Made by a program: the position numbers and the translations under genes. Shown piece by piece: positions 1 to 8,384 of a stretch of DNA of 40,922 nucleotides. How positions within the stretch are numbered: position 1 is the first letter of the stretch; each line of letters opens with the position of its first letter. Source of the stretch: a virus (taxonomy: Duplodnaviria > Caudoviricetes). The DNA lies in the IMG/VR virus record IMGVR_UViG_3300020044_006443, positions 1-40,922 of that record. One strand, given 5' to 3'. The notes beneath the pieces were generated by a model. That model saw only the letters and a program-made list of their open reading frames with translations. It did not search any database and was not told where the DNA came from.

Positions 1-1613
1 AAGATCCCTGGGTCGTACACAGGCACGACGTCCATCGGGCCTTCGAAGTGTGCGCGGGTGGCCAGCACTTCGCCGACCTCTTGCTTCACGTCCGCGTCGT
101 CCAGATACATCGCGTTGAGGCGGTGCAGGATGCGCAGCGTGCGTGCCATTGCGCTGTGCAGACGCGCGTGGATCGAGGAGAACACGGTCATGCCCTCTTG
201 GATCAGGGCGAGCGTCGTGCCGACTGGCGCGTTCGGGTTCTGGTCGGCGAGGTTGTCCATCGACGTGCGGACCACGCCCTTGCCTGCGTCGACCACAAAG
301 CCGAGCAGTTGGAACAGGGTCGGCGACGGCGGGTTGAACGGGATCGGCATGGCCAGCTTGCGGACGTCGTCCACGTTGAGGCCACCCTCGATCTCTTCGA
401 CCTGCGTCGGCTGGATGTTCAGCGACTGGCCGCCGCGTGTGCCGCCCTTCAGCTTGAGCATCGTCGGCACGTTCTGGATGTGCGCGCTGTCCATCAGTGC
501 GCGCAGCGCGCCGGTCGCGGCAGCGGACAGGCCGCCGATCATGTGCGGCAGGCCGATTGGGTACGCGCCGCGCCACGGGATGAACGGGAACTCGACGAAC
601 CAGTCTAGCGGCTCGCGGCTCTCGTCCTCTTCGTCCCAGTTGCGGTAGATCGCAAGCACCTTGCTCGACGACTTGTCGATGGTGATGATGTACGGCGCGT
701 TGCCGTCACCCTCGACGTCGGCGATGACGTGGCACTCGAACACGGTGCGCAGGCCATCCTCGTTGTAGCTGGTGTCCGTGCGGCCCTCGATCTTGTCGTT
801 CGCCGTGTCGGCTGCCGAGCGCTCAGGCTCAAGGCCCGGAGGCGTCAGGTCGACGTCGCGATACATGCCGCTCTCGACGCGCATCTCATAGTCGAGCTGC
901 GTCAGATACTGCACGTGCGTCTTGCGCTGCGCGGTGTAGAAGTTGGTCGCAGCGAACGGCAGGTACATGTCGTCGATCATGACGGCAAGGAAGCCGGGGC
1001 GGTTGCGCGCCTCGTCCCACGACATCTTGAGGTACTGCGCGCCGCCGAGCGGCACCTGCGTCAGTAGCTGCTCAAGCTCGGAGCGGAACTCTTGGCTCTG
1101 CACCGTGAGCTGCCAGTTCATGAGCGACGTCTTGCGCTTCGCCTTCTGGATCTTCTCCATCGTGACTTCGCCCTCGATCAGGTCCTTTGCCGGACCCTGC
1201 GGTGGCAGAAGCTCTTTGATGGCGCGCGACGCGAAGTCGATGCACGCCTCGGTCATCATCGGGTGCACGACCTTCGATGCGCCGTTGAACTGCGCGCCGC
1301 CGGGGGCGTCGTCGCCCAGACCGGTGCGGCGGATGCCCTCTTCGTACTGCTCGTCGCGCTTCTTGCGCGCCTCTTTGTCGCGGCTGATCAGTTCGAGGAA
1401 CTTCGATGCCAGTGACTTTAGGTCCGGTTCGGGCATAGTTTCTGCGAGGTTGTCGTAGAACTCGCTCTCACCTGCGGCCGGTCCGTTCTCGTCGAGCGTG
1501 ACGATAGCGCCACCGTCCTCGGTGTCCTCGACGTCGCTGACGTCCTCGCCGTCATACTCGACGACCTCACCCTTGAGGATGTCGTCTTCTGGCTTCATAT
1601 CGTCTTCGTTCAT
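1..1613 (-). CDS. Portal protein (3' end runs off the window)
   Basis: Absent from the ORF track; N-terminal part translated by hand: MNEDDMKPEDDILKGEVVEYDGEDVSDVEDTEDGGAIV...EFYDNLAE...SKVVHPMMTEACIDFASRAIKELLPPQGP. AAGGA RBS upstream; lies directly after terL; resembles portals of aquatic podoviruses. Confidence 0.85.
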   Translation of the reverse strand, partial: MNEDDMKPEDDILKGEVVEYDGEDVSDVEDTEDGGAIVTLDENGPAAGESEFYDNLAETMPEPDLKSLASKFLELISRDKEARKKRDEQYEEGIRRTGLGDDAPGGAQFNGASKVVHPMMTEACIDFASRAIKELLPPQGPAKDLIEGEVTMEKIQKAKRKTSLMNWQLTVQSQEFRSELEQLLTQVPLGGAQYLKMSWDEARNRPGFLAVMIDDMYLPFAATNFYTAQRKTHVQYLTQLDYEMRVESGMYRDVDLTPPGLEPERSAADTANDKIEGRTDTSYNEDGLRTVFECHVIADVEGDGNAPYIITIDKSSSKVLAIYRNWDEEDESREPLDWFVEFPFIPWRGAYPIGLPHMIGGLSAAATGALRALMDSAHIQNVPTMLKLKGGTRGGQSLNIQPTQVEEIEGGLNVDDVRKLAMPIPFNPPSPTLFQLLGFVVDAGKGVVRTSMDNLADQNPNAPVGTTLALIQEGMTVFSSIHARLHSAMARTLRILHRLNAMYLDDADVKQEVGEVLATRAHFEGPMDVVPVYDPGI

Positions 1614-1622
1614 GTTCTGTCC

Positions 1623-3086
1623 TTACTGGCCGTATGGGTTCTGGATAACCTTCGGCGGCGGTCGATCGAGATCAACCTTCTTGGTTTCCTTTATCACTGA
1701 AACAAGTCGCTTGTCGATGCACAGTCTGACGCACTGCGTCATTGCGTCAACATAGTCGTCGTGCTTGACGCTCCTCGGCCCGGTGAAGGCGCAGAGTTGT
1801 GCGAGCATCGGCTCGACCCACGTGCGCGGCCTGCCGGGGAACTTGTCGCTCTCGGGCAGCCACACCCGCTTGCGTGCGAAGACGTGGCTGACCATGTGCA
1901 GGCGCGCCAGCTTGTCTGCTCGACCGGGGTTGTAGGCGTAAGCGTTGATGCCCTCCCGCTCGAGCATCTGTCTCAGGCTGATGCCGCTCCCCTTGTCCTC
2001 GATCAGGCACAGATCCGGCTTGCGGCCGGACGTGACTGGCTTTGCCCCGCCGAACATCGGCTTGATGATCGCCACGTCCTGATCGTCGCCGTACGCGACG
2101 TTCAGTTCCTTCTTCACGCGCTGGATCAGCTCGGGCATGCCCATCTGCTCGGACCAGCAGTCGAGCACGATCAGGTGGCTGACGTTGTCCTTGTCGTGGA
2201 AGCTGCCGATCACGACGCATGCCGTGCTGTCCGCGTCGCCCTTCTTCTTGTCGTACGTCGCCTCGGTGAAGGCGGTGTCGAGTGACATGATGATGTAGTC
2301 CAGTGCGGGCAGCGGCTTCTTCGCCGGCCAGAGGCGGAAGTCAGAGCGCTTGACGATGCCGCTCTCCTCTGGGTCGATCAGCTCCCCGTATAACTCCTGA
2401 CGCCCTAGCGTCGTACCCTCGTACTGCTCCAACGAGGCGAAGAAGCTGTCGGGCAGGTTCGCCTTGTTGTCGAACGTCGAGCCGCGCACGATGATGCGCC
2501 CATCCTGCGGCAGGCTCAGTTTGCGGATTAGCTCCTTCGGCTTTGGCGTCGTGGTCCAGAGCACCTGCGGCCGATCGCCCAGACGCATGCCCATCATCAG
2601 CATGTCCCACGTCTCTTCGTCGTACTGCCATGCGGCCAGCTCGTCGCACCACGCCCGTGTATGCTGAGGACCGCGCAAACGCTCAGGCTTCTCTGCCGTA
2701 AATCCGCGTATGGTGCTTACACCACCTGCAACATTTCGCATCTTGATGATCATGTCGGACTTGTTGTGCTCGACCAGAAGCTCGGGCGGCAGGACGGACA
2801 GGATGCCCGCAGGTCCCTCGAAGCAAGTGAACTTCACGTCCTGATAGGTGGGCGCGATGACGCAGCTATCGAGGCCGTTCGGATCTTCGAAGACTGCGCG
2901 TGAAATCCATTCGCTTCCCACGCGAGTTTTACCGAAACCGCGACCGGCGAGGTAGCCGCACTCGTTCCAGTTCTCGCGTCCCACGATCTGGTTCGGCCGC
3001 GCCGTCATGCGCCAGCGTCGCTGCCAGTCGAGATGGACGCGCTGCTCCGGGCTGAGCTTAGCGAGTAGGGCCGCGACGTCCGTCAT
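1623..3086 (-). CDS. terL: Terminase large subunit
   Basis: Walker A AGRGFGKT, LRGPQ, Walker B AWCDE, coupling motif TTTP, RNase H-like nuclease residues (SLDTA, IEDKGSG, HDDYVDA). Start moved to the ATG at 3086 (ATGA overlap). Confidence 0.96.
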   Translation of the reverse strand: MTDVAALLAKLSPEQRVHLDWQRRWRMTARPNQIVGRENWNECGYLAGRGFGKTRVGSEWISRAVFEDPNGLDSCVIAPTYQDVKFTCFEGPAGILSVLPPELLVEHNKSDMIIKMRNVAGGVSTIRGFTAEKPERLRGPQHTRAWCDELAAWQYDEETWDMLMMGMRLGDRPQVLWTTTPKPKELIRKLSLPQDGRIIVRGSTFDNKANLPDSFFASLEQYEGTTLGRQELYGELIDPEESGIVKRSDFRLWPAKKPLPALDYIIMSLDTAFTEATYDKKKGDADSTACVVIGSFHDKDNVSHLIVLDCWSEQMGMPELIQRVKKELNVAYGDDQDVAIIKPMFGGAKPVTSGRKPDLCLIEDKGSGISLRQMLEREGINAYAYNPGRADKLARLHMVSHVFARKRVWLPESDKFPGRPRTWVEPMLAQLCAFTGPRSVKHDDYVDAMTQCVRLCIDKRLVSVIKETKKVDLDRPPPKVIQNPYGQ

Positions 3087-3256
3087 CGCGAGCGATACAG
3101 TGCCAGCGCGTTGCGCAGTTGGGTGTTCATCTCGCGCACCTTGTCGTACCGATCGCACGACTGCGACAGGGCGAGTTCGATATTGTCACGCTCTTGCGTC
3201 GCCCGGTCGAGCTGCGCCTGCAGTTCGCGGGCCTTGCGCCACGGGTTCCAGATCAC
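3083..3256 (-). CDS. 57-aa coiled-coil protein between terS and terL
   Basis: Hand-translated MIWNPWRKARELQAQLDRATQERDNIELALSQSCDRYDKVREMNTQLRNALALYRSR; GTGA overlap with the terS stop and ATGA overlap with the terL start. Confidence 0.75.
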   Translation of the reverse strand: MIWNPWRKARELQAQLDRATQERDNIELALSQSCDRYDKVREMNTQLRNALALYRSR

Positions 3257-3708
3257 TTTGGCACGTCCGTCACACGAACCACCTCGGCCAGATGCCGTGT
3301 GAGTTCAACATTCTCCGCGTTTGCGCCGATCTTGAGGGTCTCGCCCTCCTTGTTGCCGATGCTGACGTCCTGCTTGTTTCCGTAGCGCTTCGGGCTCCAG
3401 CAGGCGAGCAGCTTCAGTCGCGTGTCGATGCGCATCTTGTTGCGTTGCACGTGTTCGCTGATGGCGGGCGTGTCGTCGGCGATGTCGAGGATGTCCTCGG
3501 CGATGGCCTCGAAGCCCAAATCGCGTGCGTACGCGATGCGTGCGGCAAGGGAGGGGTCTGCGTTTATCCAGTCATACACCGTACGCCAGCTTGGCATACC
3601 ATCCTGCCTGCACAGAACACGCAAGGCCACACCATCGGTCAGCCCCTCGATAATACGCTCCTCGACCTCGGGGGTCCGTTTCGTTTGGCCCTTGGCCATA
3701 TTCTGCAT
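3253..3708 (-). CDS. terS: Terminase small subunit (Sf6/P22-like)
   Basis: IIEGLTDGVALRVLCRQDGMPSWRTVYDW HTH; EDILDIADD; RIDTRLKLLACWSPKRYG. Upstream of terL. Confidence 0.92.
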   Translation of the reverse strand: MQNMAKGQTKRTPEVEERIIEGLTDGVALRVLCRQDGMPSWRTVYDWINADPSLAARIAYARDLGFEAIAEDILDIADDTPAISEHVQRNKMRIDTRLKLLACWSPKRYGNKQDVSIGNKEGETLKIGANAENVELTRHLAEVVRVTDVPK

Positions 3709-3747
3709 GCTCCGTTCGGTTACACAGTGCTACCAGTCAATGCCCAC

Positions 3748-3776
3748 GATATACGCGCCGCTAAACCTGTTGGCAA
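3748..3776 (-). promoter_or_regulatory. Sigma70-like promoter for the packaging operon
   Basis: Minus strand TTGCCA-N17-TATATC about 40 bp upstream of terS. Confidence 0.5.
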
Positions 3777-4021
3777 GGGGTGCCGAACACAAACTCCTCG
3801 CCCTCGGCCACGAAGGGCAAGTCCCCACGCTCCTGCATGCGCCGCATGGTCCTGATAAGACGCTGGCGGCGTGTGTCACGACCCGACGCCGTCCGAGGTG
3901 TGGCGTCAATGCAAAACCGCAAGAACACTTCTGCGCGAACCCGGTCGCAAACGACGGACATAGCATCCGCGCGATCGCGCACAACATCTTCGAGCCAACC
4001 TTTTTCAATTCGAGGGAACAT
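3761..4021 (-). CDS. 86-aa protein resembling the C-terminal (winged-helix-like) domain of the primase-helicase
   Basis: AAAGGAG RBS before the ATG at 4021; GRDTRRQRLIRTMRRMQERGDLPFVAEGEEFVF aligns with KRDTRRQSVTRAIQALSKEKDGPLRMEGGKIIF of 10624..12645. Confidence 0.7.
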   Translation of the reverse strand: MFPRIEKGWLEDVVRDRADAMSVVCDRVRAEVFLRFCIDATPRTASGRDTRRQRLIRTMRRMQERGDLPFVAEGEEFVFGTPCQQV

Positions 4022-4029
4022 CTTCAATC

Positions 4030-4275
4030 TCCTTTGCAACATGCACCTTACACCATAAAGATCTGCACCGCAACGCACCACGGTGCAAAAGTTTCAGAGC
4101 CTGCATCACGCACCACATTTGCTCCTGCACCGCCGCAGCACGGGGGGTTACCCTAAAGGGTACCTCCCCCGGTGGTGCAGCAGACGGTGCATCACTGGAG
4201 CTGCAACGCCGTGCACCATGATGTAAAAGATGCAAATGGTGCACGGTGCAAATAATTTGCAAAATAATGCAAATA
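4030..4275. repeat. Putative replication origin: iteron-like GCACC/GGTGC repeats around a central palindrome
   Basis: About 15 TGCA cores in about 240 bp; central GGGGGG-T-TACCCT-AA-AGGGTA-CCT-CCCCC (4142-4170) flanked by CTGCACCGCC/GGTGGTGCAG; lies at the divergence point of transcription. Confidence 0.6.
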
Positions 4276-4279
4276 GGTG

Positions 4280-4345
4280 TTGACCTACCTTCAAACCCGC
4301 AGTATGAGGGTACATCAGCAACGAAGACCCGGAGTAAATAACATG
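4280..4345 (+). promoter_or_regulatory. Early promoter plus conserved leader, copy 1
   Basis: TTGACC-N17-TATGAG, then ATCAGCAACGAAGACCCGGAGTAAATAACATG. Confidence 0.7.
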
Positions 4346-4570
4346 ACCACCGAAGCCCGCATCTACATCGGAACCCCAGCCGCTCTTCAGGCTGAGGTCG
4401 GCCTGCACCCATGCTACACCGGCAAGTACATCGTCGCTGCGTTCAACGCCGCTGGCGAGGAGATCACACCTGAAAGCGCAAGCAACATAAAAGAAGCTAA
4501 CGCCGTCGCTGCCGAGATCGGCGCGTGGTTGGAAAGCCTCGGCGAGACCGTCGTCAAGGCTTGGATTTAA
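4343..4570 (+). CDS. Hypothetical early protein
   Basis: GGAG RBS, ATG at 4343; first gene after the promoter. Confidence 0.7.
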   Translation: MTTEARIYIGTPAALQAEVGLHPCYTGKYIVAAFNAAGEEITPESASNIKEANAVAAEIGAWLESLGETVVKAWI

Positions 4571-4571
4571 T

Positions 4572-4598
4572 ATCAGCAACACAGGAGCACATCACATG
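4572..4598 (+). promoter_or_regulatory. Conserved leader/RBS, internal copy
   Basis: ATCAGCAACACAGGAGCACATCACATG; no matching -35 seen upstream. Confidence 0.65.
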
Positions 4599-4796
4599 AA
4601 AATACGTTTAGAACGCAAATGCCGCGCCACCCACGAGTGGGAGCACGTCGCCAACTTCAGGTTCCTGCACGACGCGCAGGCGACGGCCGAGCTCTTCAGC
4701 AAGCTGGACGAGTGCGACCAGCGCGTCATCGACCAACGCTGGGTCGAAGATGGTGACGAGACCACCCTCTTCCGCAACGGCAAACTTGTACCATAA
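4596..4796 (+). CDS. Hypothetical early protein
   Basis: AGGAG RBS; operon packing. Confidence 0.75.
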   Translation: MKIRLERKCRATHEWEHVANFRFLHDAQATAELFSKLDECDQRVIDQRWVEDGDETTLFRNGKLVP

Positions 4797-4825
4797 CCAT
4801 CAACTACTAAAAGGAGCACAATGAC

Positions 4826-5080
4826 ATGACCATCATCACACAAGCAATCGAGACGAAGTACCTTCGCGCCACCAACGTCCGGGGCGCACGCATCAAGGCC
4901 ACGGCACTGGCCGGCAGCCTGACAGTCGGCTACGACTACGCCCTCAACAGCGACGCCAACCACGCGGCCGCAGCGCAGGCGCTCATCGCACGGCTCGGCT
5001 GGACTGGCACATTCGCTCAGGGCGGCAACGCCGCGGGCACCGGCTACGTCTTCGTCAACATCGAGGGGGCGCTGGCATGA
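4826..5080 (+). CDS. Hypothetical phage protein (QAIETKYL..TN.RGARIKA type)
   Basis: AAGGAG RBS; sequence type recurrent in phage early regions. Confidence 0.8.
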   Translation: MTIITQAIETKYLRATNVRGARIKATALAGSLTVGYDYALNSDANHAAAAQALIARLGWTGTFAQGGNAAGTGYVFVNIEGALA

Positions 5081-5172
5081 CCGCACTGCACGTCGCATCG
5101 ACCCTCTTCTTCTTGGGCTTCCTGCCCGCCATCATCACCATCGCAATCATCAAGACCTTCAAGGGAGAATAA
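5077..5172 (+). CDS. 31-aa single-pass membrane peptide
   Basis: Hand-translated MTALHVASTLFFLGFLPAIITIAIIKTFKGE; ATGA overlap; fills the gap between neighbours. Confidence 0.7.
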   Translation: MTALHVASTLFFLGFLPAIITIAIIKTFKGE

Positions 5173-5173
5173 C

Positions 5174-5365
5174 ATGACCGACTTTCACGTACAGGACCAC
5201 GGCTCGATCATCATCCTTCTGCCACAGACGACTGTGGCCAAGGACTGGGCCGACGAGCACTTCCCCGAGGACGCCCAGAACTGGGCCAGCGGCACCGTCA
5301 TCGAGCGCTGCTACTTCAAACCGGTGTACGCGGGCATCATCCGCGACGGCCTGACCATCAGCTAA
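5174..5365 (+). CDS. Hypothetical early protein
   Basis: GGGAG RBS; operon packing. Confidence 0.75.
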   Translation: MTDFHVQDHGSIIILLPQTTVAKDWADEHFPEDAQNWASGTVIERCYFKPVYAGIIRDGLTIS

Positions 5366-5377
5366 GGAGCAAGACAC

Positions 5378-5836
5378 ATGGCAACACGTTCATTCATCAT
5401 CGTCGCCAACCCAAAGGGCGACTTCACCGGCAGCTACTGCCACTGGGACGGCTACCCGTCGCACAACGGTCGCCTGCTGCTTGAGCACTACAACAGCAAG
5501 GGCAAGGCACGCGAGCTGATCAACCTCGGCTGGCTGTCGTCACTGGGCGAGCGCGCAAAGCCGTTGGACCCCGCCAACCATAGTTACGAGAACAAGGAGG
5601 CGGGAACGACCGTTGCCGCTGGGCGGGATGGCGGCGAGCCTTGGGGCGCGGTCAAGCCGTTGAAGGCCGACACGCTGCGCCTTTTGGCCCAGTACGCCAG
5701 CGACTGCTGGTGCGAGTACGTCTACCTCTTCTGGAACGGGCACTGGTCGTACAACACCATCGCCAACGCACTGGACGGTAAGGCATGGGAGCCCCTGACG
5801 TGGGAGAACACCGCAGACGAGAGGCAGGCAGCATGA
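5378..5836 (+). CDS. Conserved phage protein of unknown function (M.TRS.I...YCHWDGYP family)
   Basis: MATRSFI, YCHWDGYPSHNGRLLLEHY and EYVYLF motifs; AAGGAG RBS. Confidence 0.85.
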   Translation: MATRSFIIVANPKGDFTGSYCHWDGYPSHNGRLLLEHYNSKGKARELINLGWLSSLGERAKPLDPANHSYENKEAGTTVAAGRDGGEPWGAVKPLKADTLRLLAQYASDCWCEYVYLFWNGHWSYNTIANALDGKAWEPLTWENTADERQAA

Positions 5837-5964
5837 ACACCGAACCGAAGGCATACGCCGGCAGCGTCACGACGCAGGTTCACCTGCGTGAGCTATGGGC
5901 CCTCCTCGGTGCCAGCACCCAGCAGGAGGCCCGCAGGGCAGTGCAGCAACTGCTCAAGAAATAG
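5833..5964 (+). CDS. 43-aa hypothetical protein
   Basis: Hand-translated MNTEPKAYAGSVTTQVHLRELWALLGASTQQEARRAVQQLLKK; ATGA overlap. Confidence 0.6.
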   Translation: MNTEPKAYAGSVTTQVHLRELWALLGASTQQEARRAVQQLLKK

Positions 5965-5967
5965 CTA

Positions 5968-6028
5968 TTGCAACACCTGATTGCATCCTTTAAGGGTACC
6001 TCATCAGCAACAAGGAGCACACGACATG
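5968..6028 (+). promoter_or_regulatory. Promoter with TGCAA-N7-TTGCA palindrome plus conserved leader
   Basis: TTGCAAcacctgaTTGCAT; TAAGGG at 17-bp spacing; ATCAGCAACAAGGAGCACACGACATG. Confidence 0.75.
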
Positions 6029-6289
6029 ATACGACCAATCCTCAACAACAACGGCACCGACGCCCTCGACCTTATCGACGCCCGCCGCAACGCGATGGCC
6101 CTGATCAACGAGGTTATCGACGCGCTCAAGCAGGTGACGCCCAACGGCCGCGACTACCTCGGTGATCGCGACCGGCTCATCGCCGACCGTAACCTCCACT
6201 TCGACCGACTGGCAGCACTGCACGCACTGCGTGAGGAGCTACTCGACGAGGCACTGCACATCCAACAGCAAGAGAAGGTGGGAGCATGA
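6026..6289 (+). CDS. Hypothetical protein
   Basis: Starts at the leader ATG (MIRPILNNNGT...PNGRDY). Confidence 0.8.
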   Translation: MIRPILNNNGTDALDLIDARRNAMALINEVIDALKQVTPNGRDYLGDRDRLIADRNLHFDRLAALHALREELLDEALHIQQQEKVGA

Positions 6290-6675
6290 CAAAGACACAC
6301 TGCGTACATGGGCATGAGTACACGCCAGAGAACACCCGCGTCAACAATCGAGGCCAGATTTACTGCCGGATATGTTCGTGCATTAGAGCGCAACGGTACA
6401 AGGCCAAGAACCCCGACGTCGTTAAGGCCCACCGCGCAAAGTACCATCCGGTATGGCAGGAGAAGAACAGGCCCAAGATGCGCGCGAAGTCACGCGCCGC
6501 TGGCAGCACGTCTGCTGTGCATTACAACGACGGCGTGGAGGCCGAGCGCGCCGCGACTGTGGCGTGGCTGCGCAAGAGCGCCAAACTTAACCCGCACATG
6601 CCCGAAGCGCAGGCGTTGGTTATCCTCTTTTCCAACGCCATCGAGGACGGCAAACATCACGGAGAACCAAAATGA
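6286..6675 (+). CDS. Zn-finger-like protein (KTHCxxGHE...CRIC) fused to an ERAA..AWLR module
   Basis: N-terminal motif of the type attached to phage HNH endonucleases; no HNH core present. Confidence 0.75.
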   Translation: MTKTHCVHGHEYTPENTRVNNRGQIYCRICSCIRAQRYKAKNPDVVKAHRAKYHPVWQEKNRPKMRAKSRAAGSTSAVHYNDGVEAERAATVAWLRKSAKLNPHMPEAQALVILFSNAIEDGKHHGEPK

Positions 6676-6866
6676 CACCTAAGCAACTTGAACTGAACAG
6701 CCTGCTACTGCAATACGAGATGCAGGTATTGGCACTATACGAGCTGCAACGCACCGACCCTAGCGCGGATGACTACATCGACGACGTGGAGCTGGATAAG
6801 TCCATCGCGAAGCGTCGTGCGGACATGGAGCGCCTACGCGGCGAGATCCTCGAGTACGCGTCATGA
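6672..6866 (+). CDS. Hypothetical protein
   Basis: GGAG RBS; ATGA overlap. Confidence 0.7.
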   Translation: MTPKQLELNSLLLQYEMQVLALYELQRTDPSADDYIDDVELDKSIAKRRADMERLRGEILEYAS

Positions 6867-7147
6867 CCGCCATCACCGAGGACACACCCGCAGGTGGCCC
6901 AGAGGAGCTTCAGTGGAAGATCGACCGGCTGATCGAGCAGGTCGAGCGGCACGCCGCCGAGCTGGAGCGCGAGCGCCACGCCCACAGGGCGACGCAGAAG
7001 AGCCTGACCAAGGCGCTTGATAAATCACTCAACCTAACATCGCGCCTGACCGTCGGCGTCCTACGCAAGGCAGGCTTCACCGTCACAATCGAGGAGGCTG
7101 AGTTCTGCGAAGCCTGCGGCGAAGACTTTTTAGGAGAAGAGCAATGA
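6863..7147 (+). CDS. Coiled-coil hypothetical protein
   Basis: ATGA overlaps at both ends; C-terminal CxxC. Confidence 0.7.
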   Translation: MTAITEDTPAGGPEELQWKIDRLIEQVERHAAELERERHAHRATQKSLTKALDKSLNLTSRLTVGVLRKAGFTVTIEEAEFCEACGEDFLGEEQ

Positions 7148-7704
7148 ACTTAACGAAAATCGAGAAGAAGGTACTACAGCAACTGTCCACCAACGGCGCT
7201 GCCACCGTGCAGGAGCTTACGGAGGCCCTCGCCTGCAGCCTGAGCGGCGTGCAGAAGGCCATGCGCACCCTGCGCGCTGCGGGCCTCATCCGCCCGCACA
7301 CTCTGAAGCACGTGCCGGGCTTCTACAAGCGCCACCGCACGTACGTCGCCAACGCGACGCACGCCGTCGTGGAGAACCCGCTACACGATCGTGTGGCCGC
7401 GCTGGAGGACGCCTTCAAGAACCTGACAGAAACGCACAACAGGATGGTCCTGAAGTTCTCCGAGCACGCCAAGAACATATCCCACTTCGGCGGGAAGACG
7501 GAGCAACTGTCGCGTTGGTTCAATGACCACGAGGTGTGGCTTACTGTCCTTGACGACCGCATCCGCGCGCTGGAGCCAGAGAGCGCCCCGGTCGACCCGG
7601 TGTACGCCGAGATCGAGGAGTGGGTGCGCACCACACTACAAGACGTTCCCGAGGAGGATCTGCGCGCGCTCGTAGACGAAATCTATGCGAAGCGCACAAA
7701 ATAG
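7144..7704 (+). CDS. Winged-helix HTH protein with coiled-coil C-terminus
   Basis: LTKIEKKVLQQLSTNGAATVQELTEALACSLSGVQKAMRTLRAAGLI is a typical wHTH pattern. Confidence 0.8.
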   Translation: MNLTKIEKKVLQQLSTNGAATVQELTEALACSLSGVQKAMRTLRAAGLIRPHTLKHVPGFYKRHRTYVANATHAVVENPLHDRVAALEDAFKNLTETHNRMVLKFSEHAKNISHFGGKTEQLSRWFNDHEVWLTVLDDRIRALEPESAPVDPVYAEIEEWVRTTLQDVPEEDLRALVDEIYAKRTK

Positions 7705-7707
7705 TTG

Positions 7708-7768
7708 TTGCACATACCCTCAAACCTCTATAGTGGGAGGGTATCAGCAACAAGGAGTACACGACATG
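7708..7768 (+). promoter_or_regulatory. Promoter plus conserved leader
   Basis: TTGCAC...TATAGTGG; TACCCTC/GAGGGTA inverted repeat; ATCAGCAACAAGGAGTACACGACATG. Confidence 0.75.
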
Positions 7769-7999
7769 ATCAACTGGACAAACGACGAACGCACCGTGGC
7801 GATACTGGCGCAGGCCGTCGAGCACTGCCGCGCCACCGACGAGTTCTCGCTCGAGCACGAGGCGCAGTTGGAGCTCATCCGCGACGAGTACCTGAACGAC
7901 CTGTGGAATGACTTCCGCAGCGAGGACGTCGACGCGTTCGAGGATTGGCACTGCCAGCCGACAGTTGAGGAAGCCTTCCTCAAGGAGATTGAAGCATGA
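7766..7999 (+). CDS. Highly acidic 77-aa protein
   Basis: Starts at the leader ATG; D/E-rich (DEFSLEHEAQLELIRDEYLNDLWNDFRSEDVDAFEDW). Confidence 0.75.
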   Translation: MINWTNDERTVAILAQAVEHCRATDEFSLEHEAQLELIRDEYLNDLWNDFRSEDVDAFEDWHCQPTVEEAFLKEIEA

Positions 8000-8199
8000 T
8001 TACCGAAGACACACAGCACGACGTGCTCTTGCGCGCGGCCGAGCTGCTCAAGGAGCAGGAGGCCCTGAAGGTTCAACTACGCGTCAACGAGGCCGCCCTG
8101 ACGGCAGTCGCACGCCAGTACGGCGAGGCGTACCGCATATGGGGCTTCCGCCCGGCCGAGGTTCTGCGTCAGGCCTGCGTGGCGCGGGGCATCCTGTAA
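7996..8199 (+). CDS. Hypothetical protein
   Basis: AAGGAG RBS; ATGA overlap. Confidence 0.75.
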   Translation: MITEDTQHDVLLRAAELLKEQEALKVQLRVNEAALTAVARQYGEAYRIWGFRPAEVLRQACVARGIL

Positions 8200-8384
8200 T
8201 GGCACGACCTATGACATACCCAATGGGCGACCTCGCCATCGGCGAGAGCGTCACGATGCCGGCGGATATGCCCGGCGACCCGAAGCGTATATCGAGGAAC
8301 GTCAGCCAGTACGGCATCCGTAAGGGCCGCTGTTACAAGGTACGGACGATCGACGGTGTAGCATTCATCACGAGGTTAACATGA
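8199..8384 (+). CDS. Small basic putative DNA-binding protein
   Basis: MARPMTYPMGDLAIGESV...YKVRTIDGVAFITRL; TAATG coupling. Confidence 0.75.
   Translation: MARPMTYPMGDLAIGESVTMPADMPGDPKRISRNVSQYGIRKGRCYKVRTIDGVAFITRLT

Noticed and set aside
48-3855. Many plus-strand ORFs over the portal and terminase genes
   Set aside because: Antisense shadows of high-GC genes; no RBS or recognisable motifs.
6286-6675. HNH homing endonuclease
   Set aside because: Only the accessory Cys/His motif is present; there is no HNH catalytic core.
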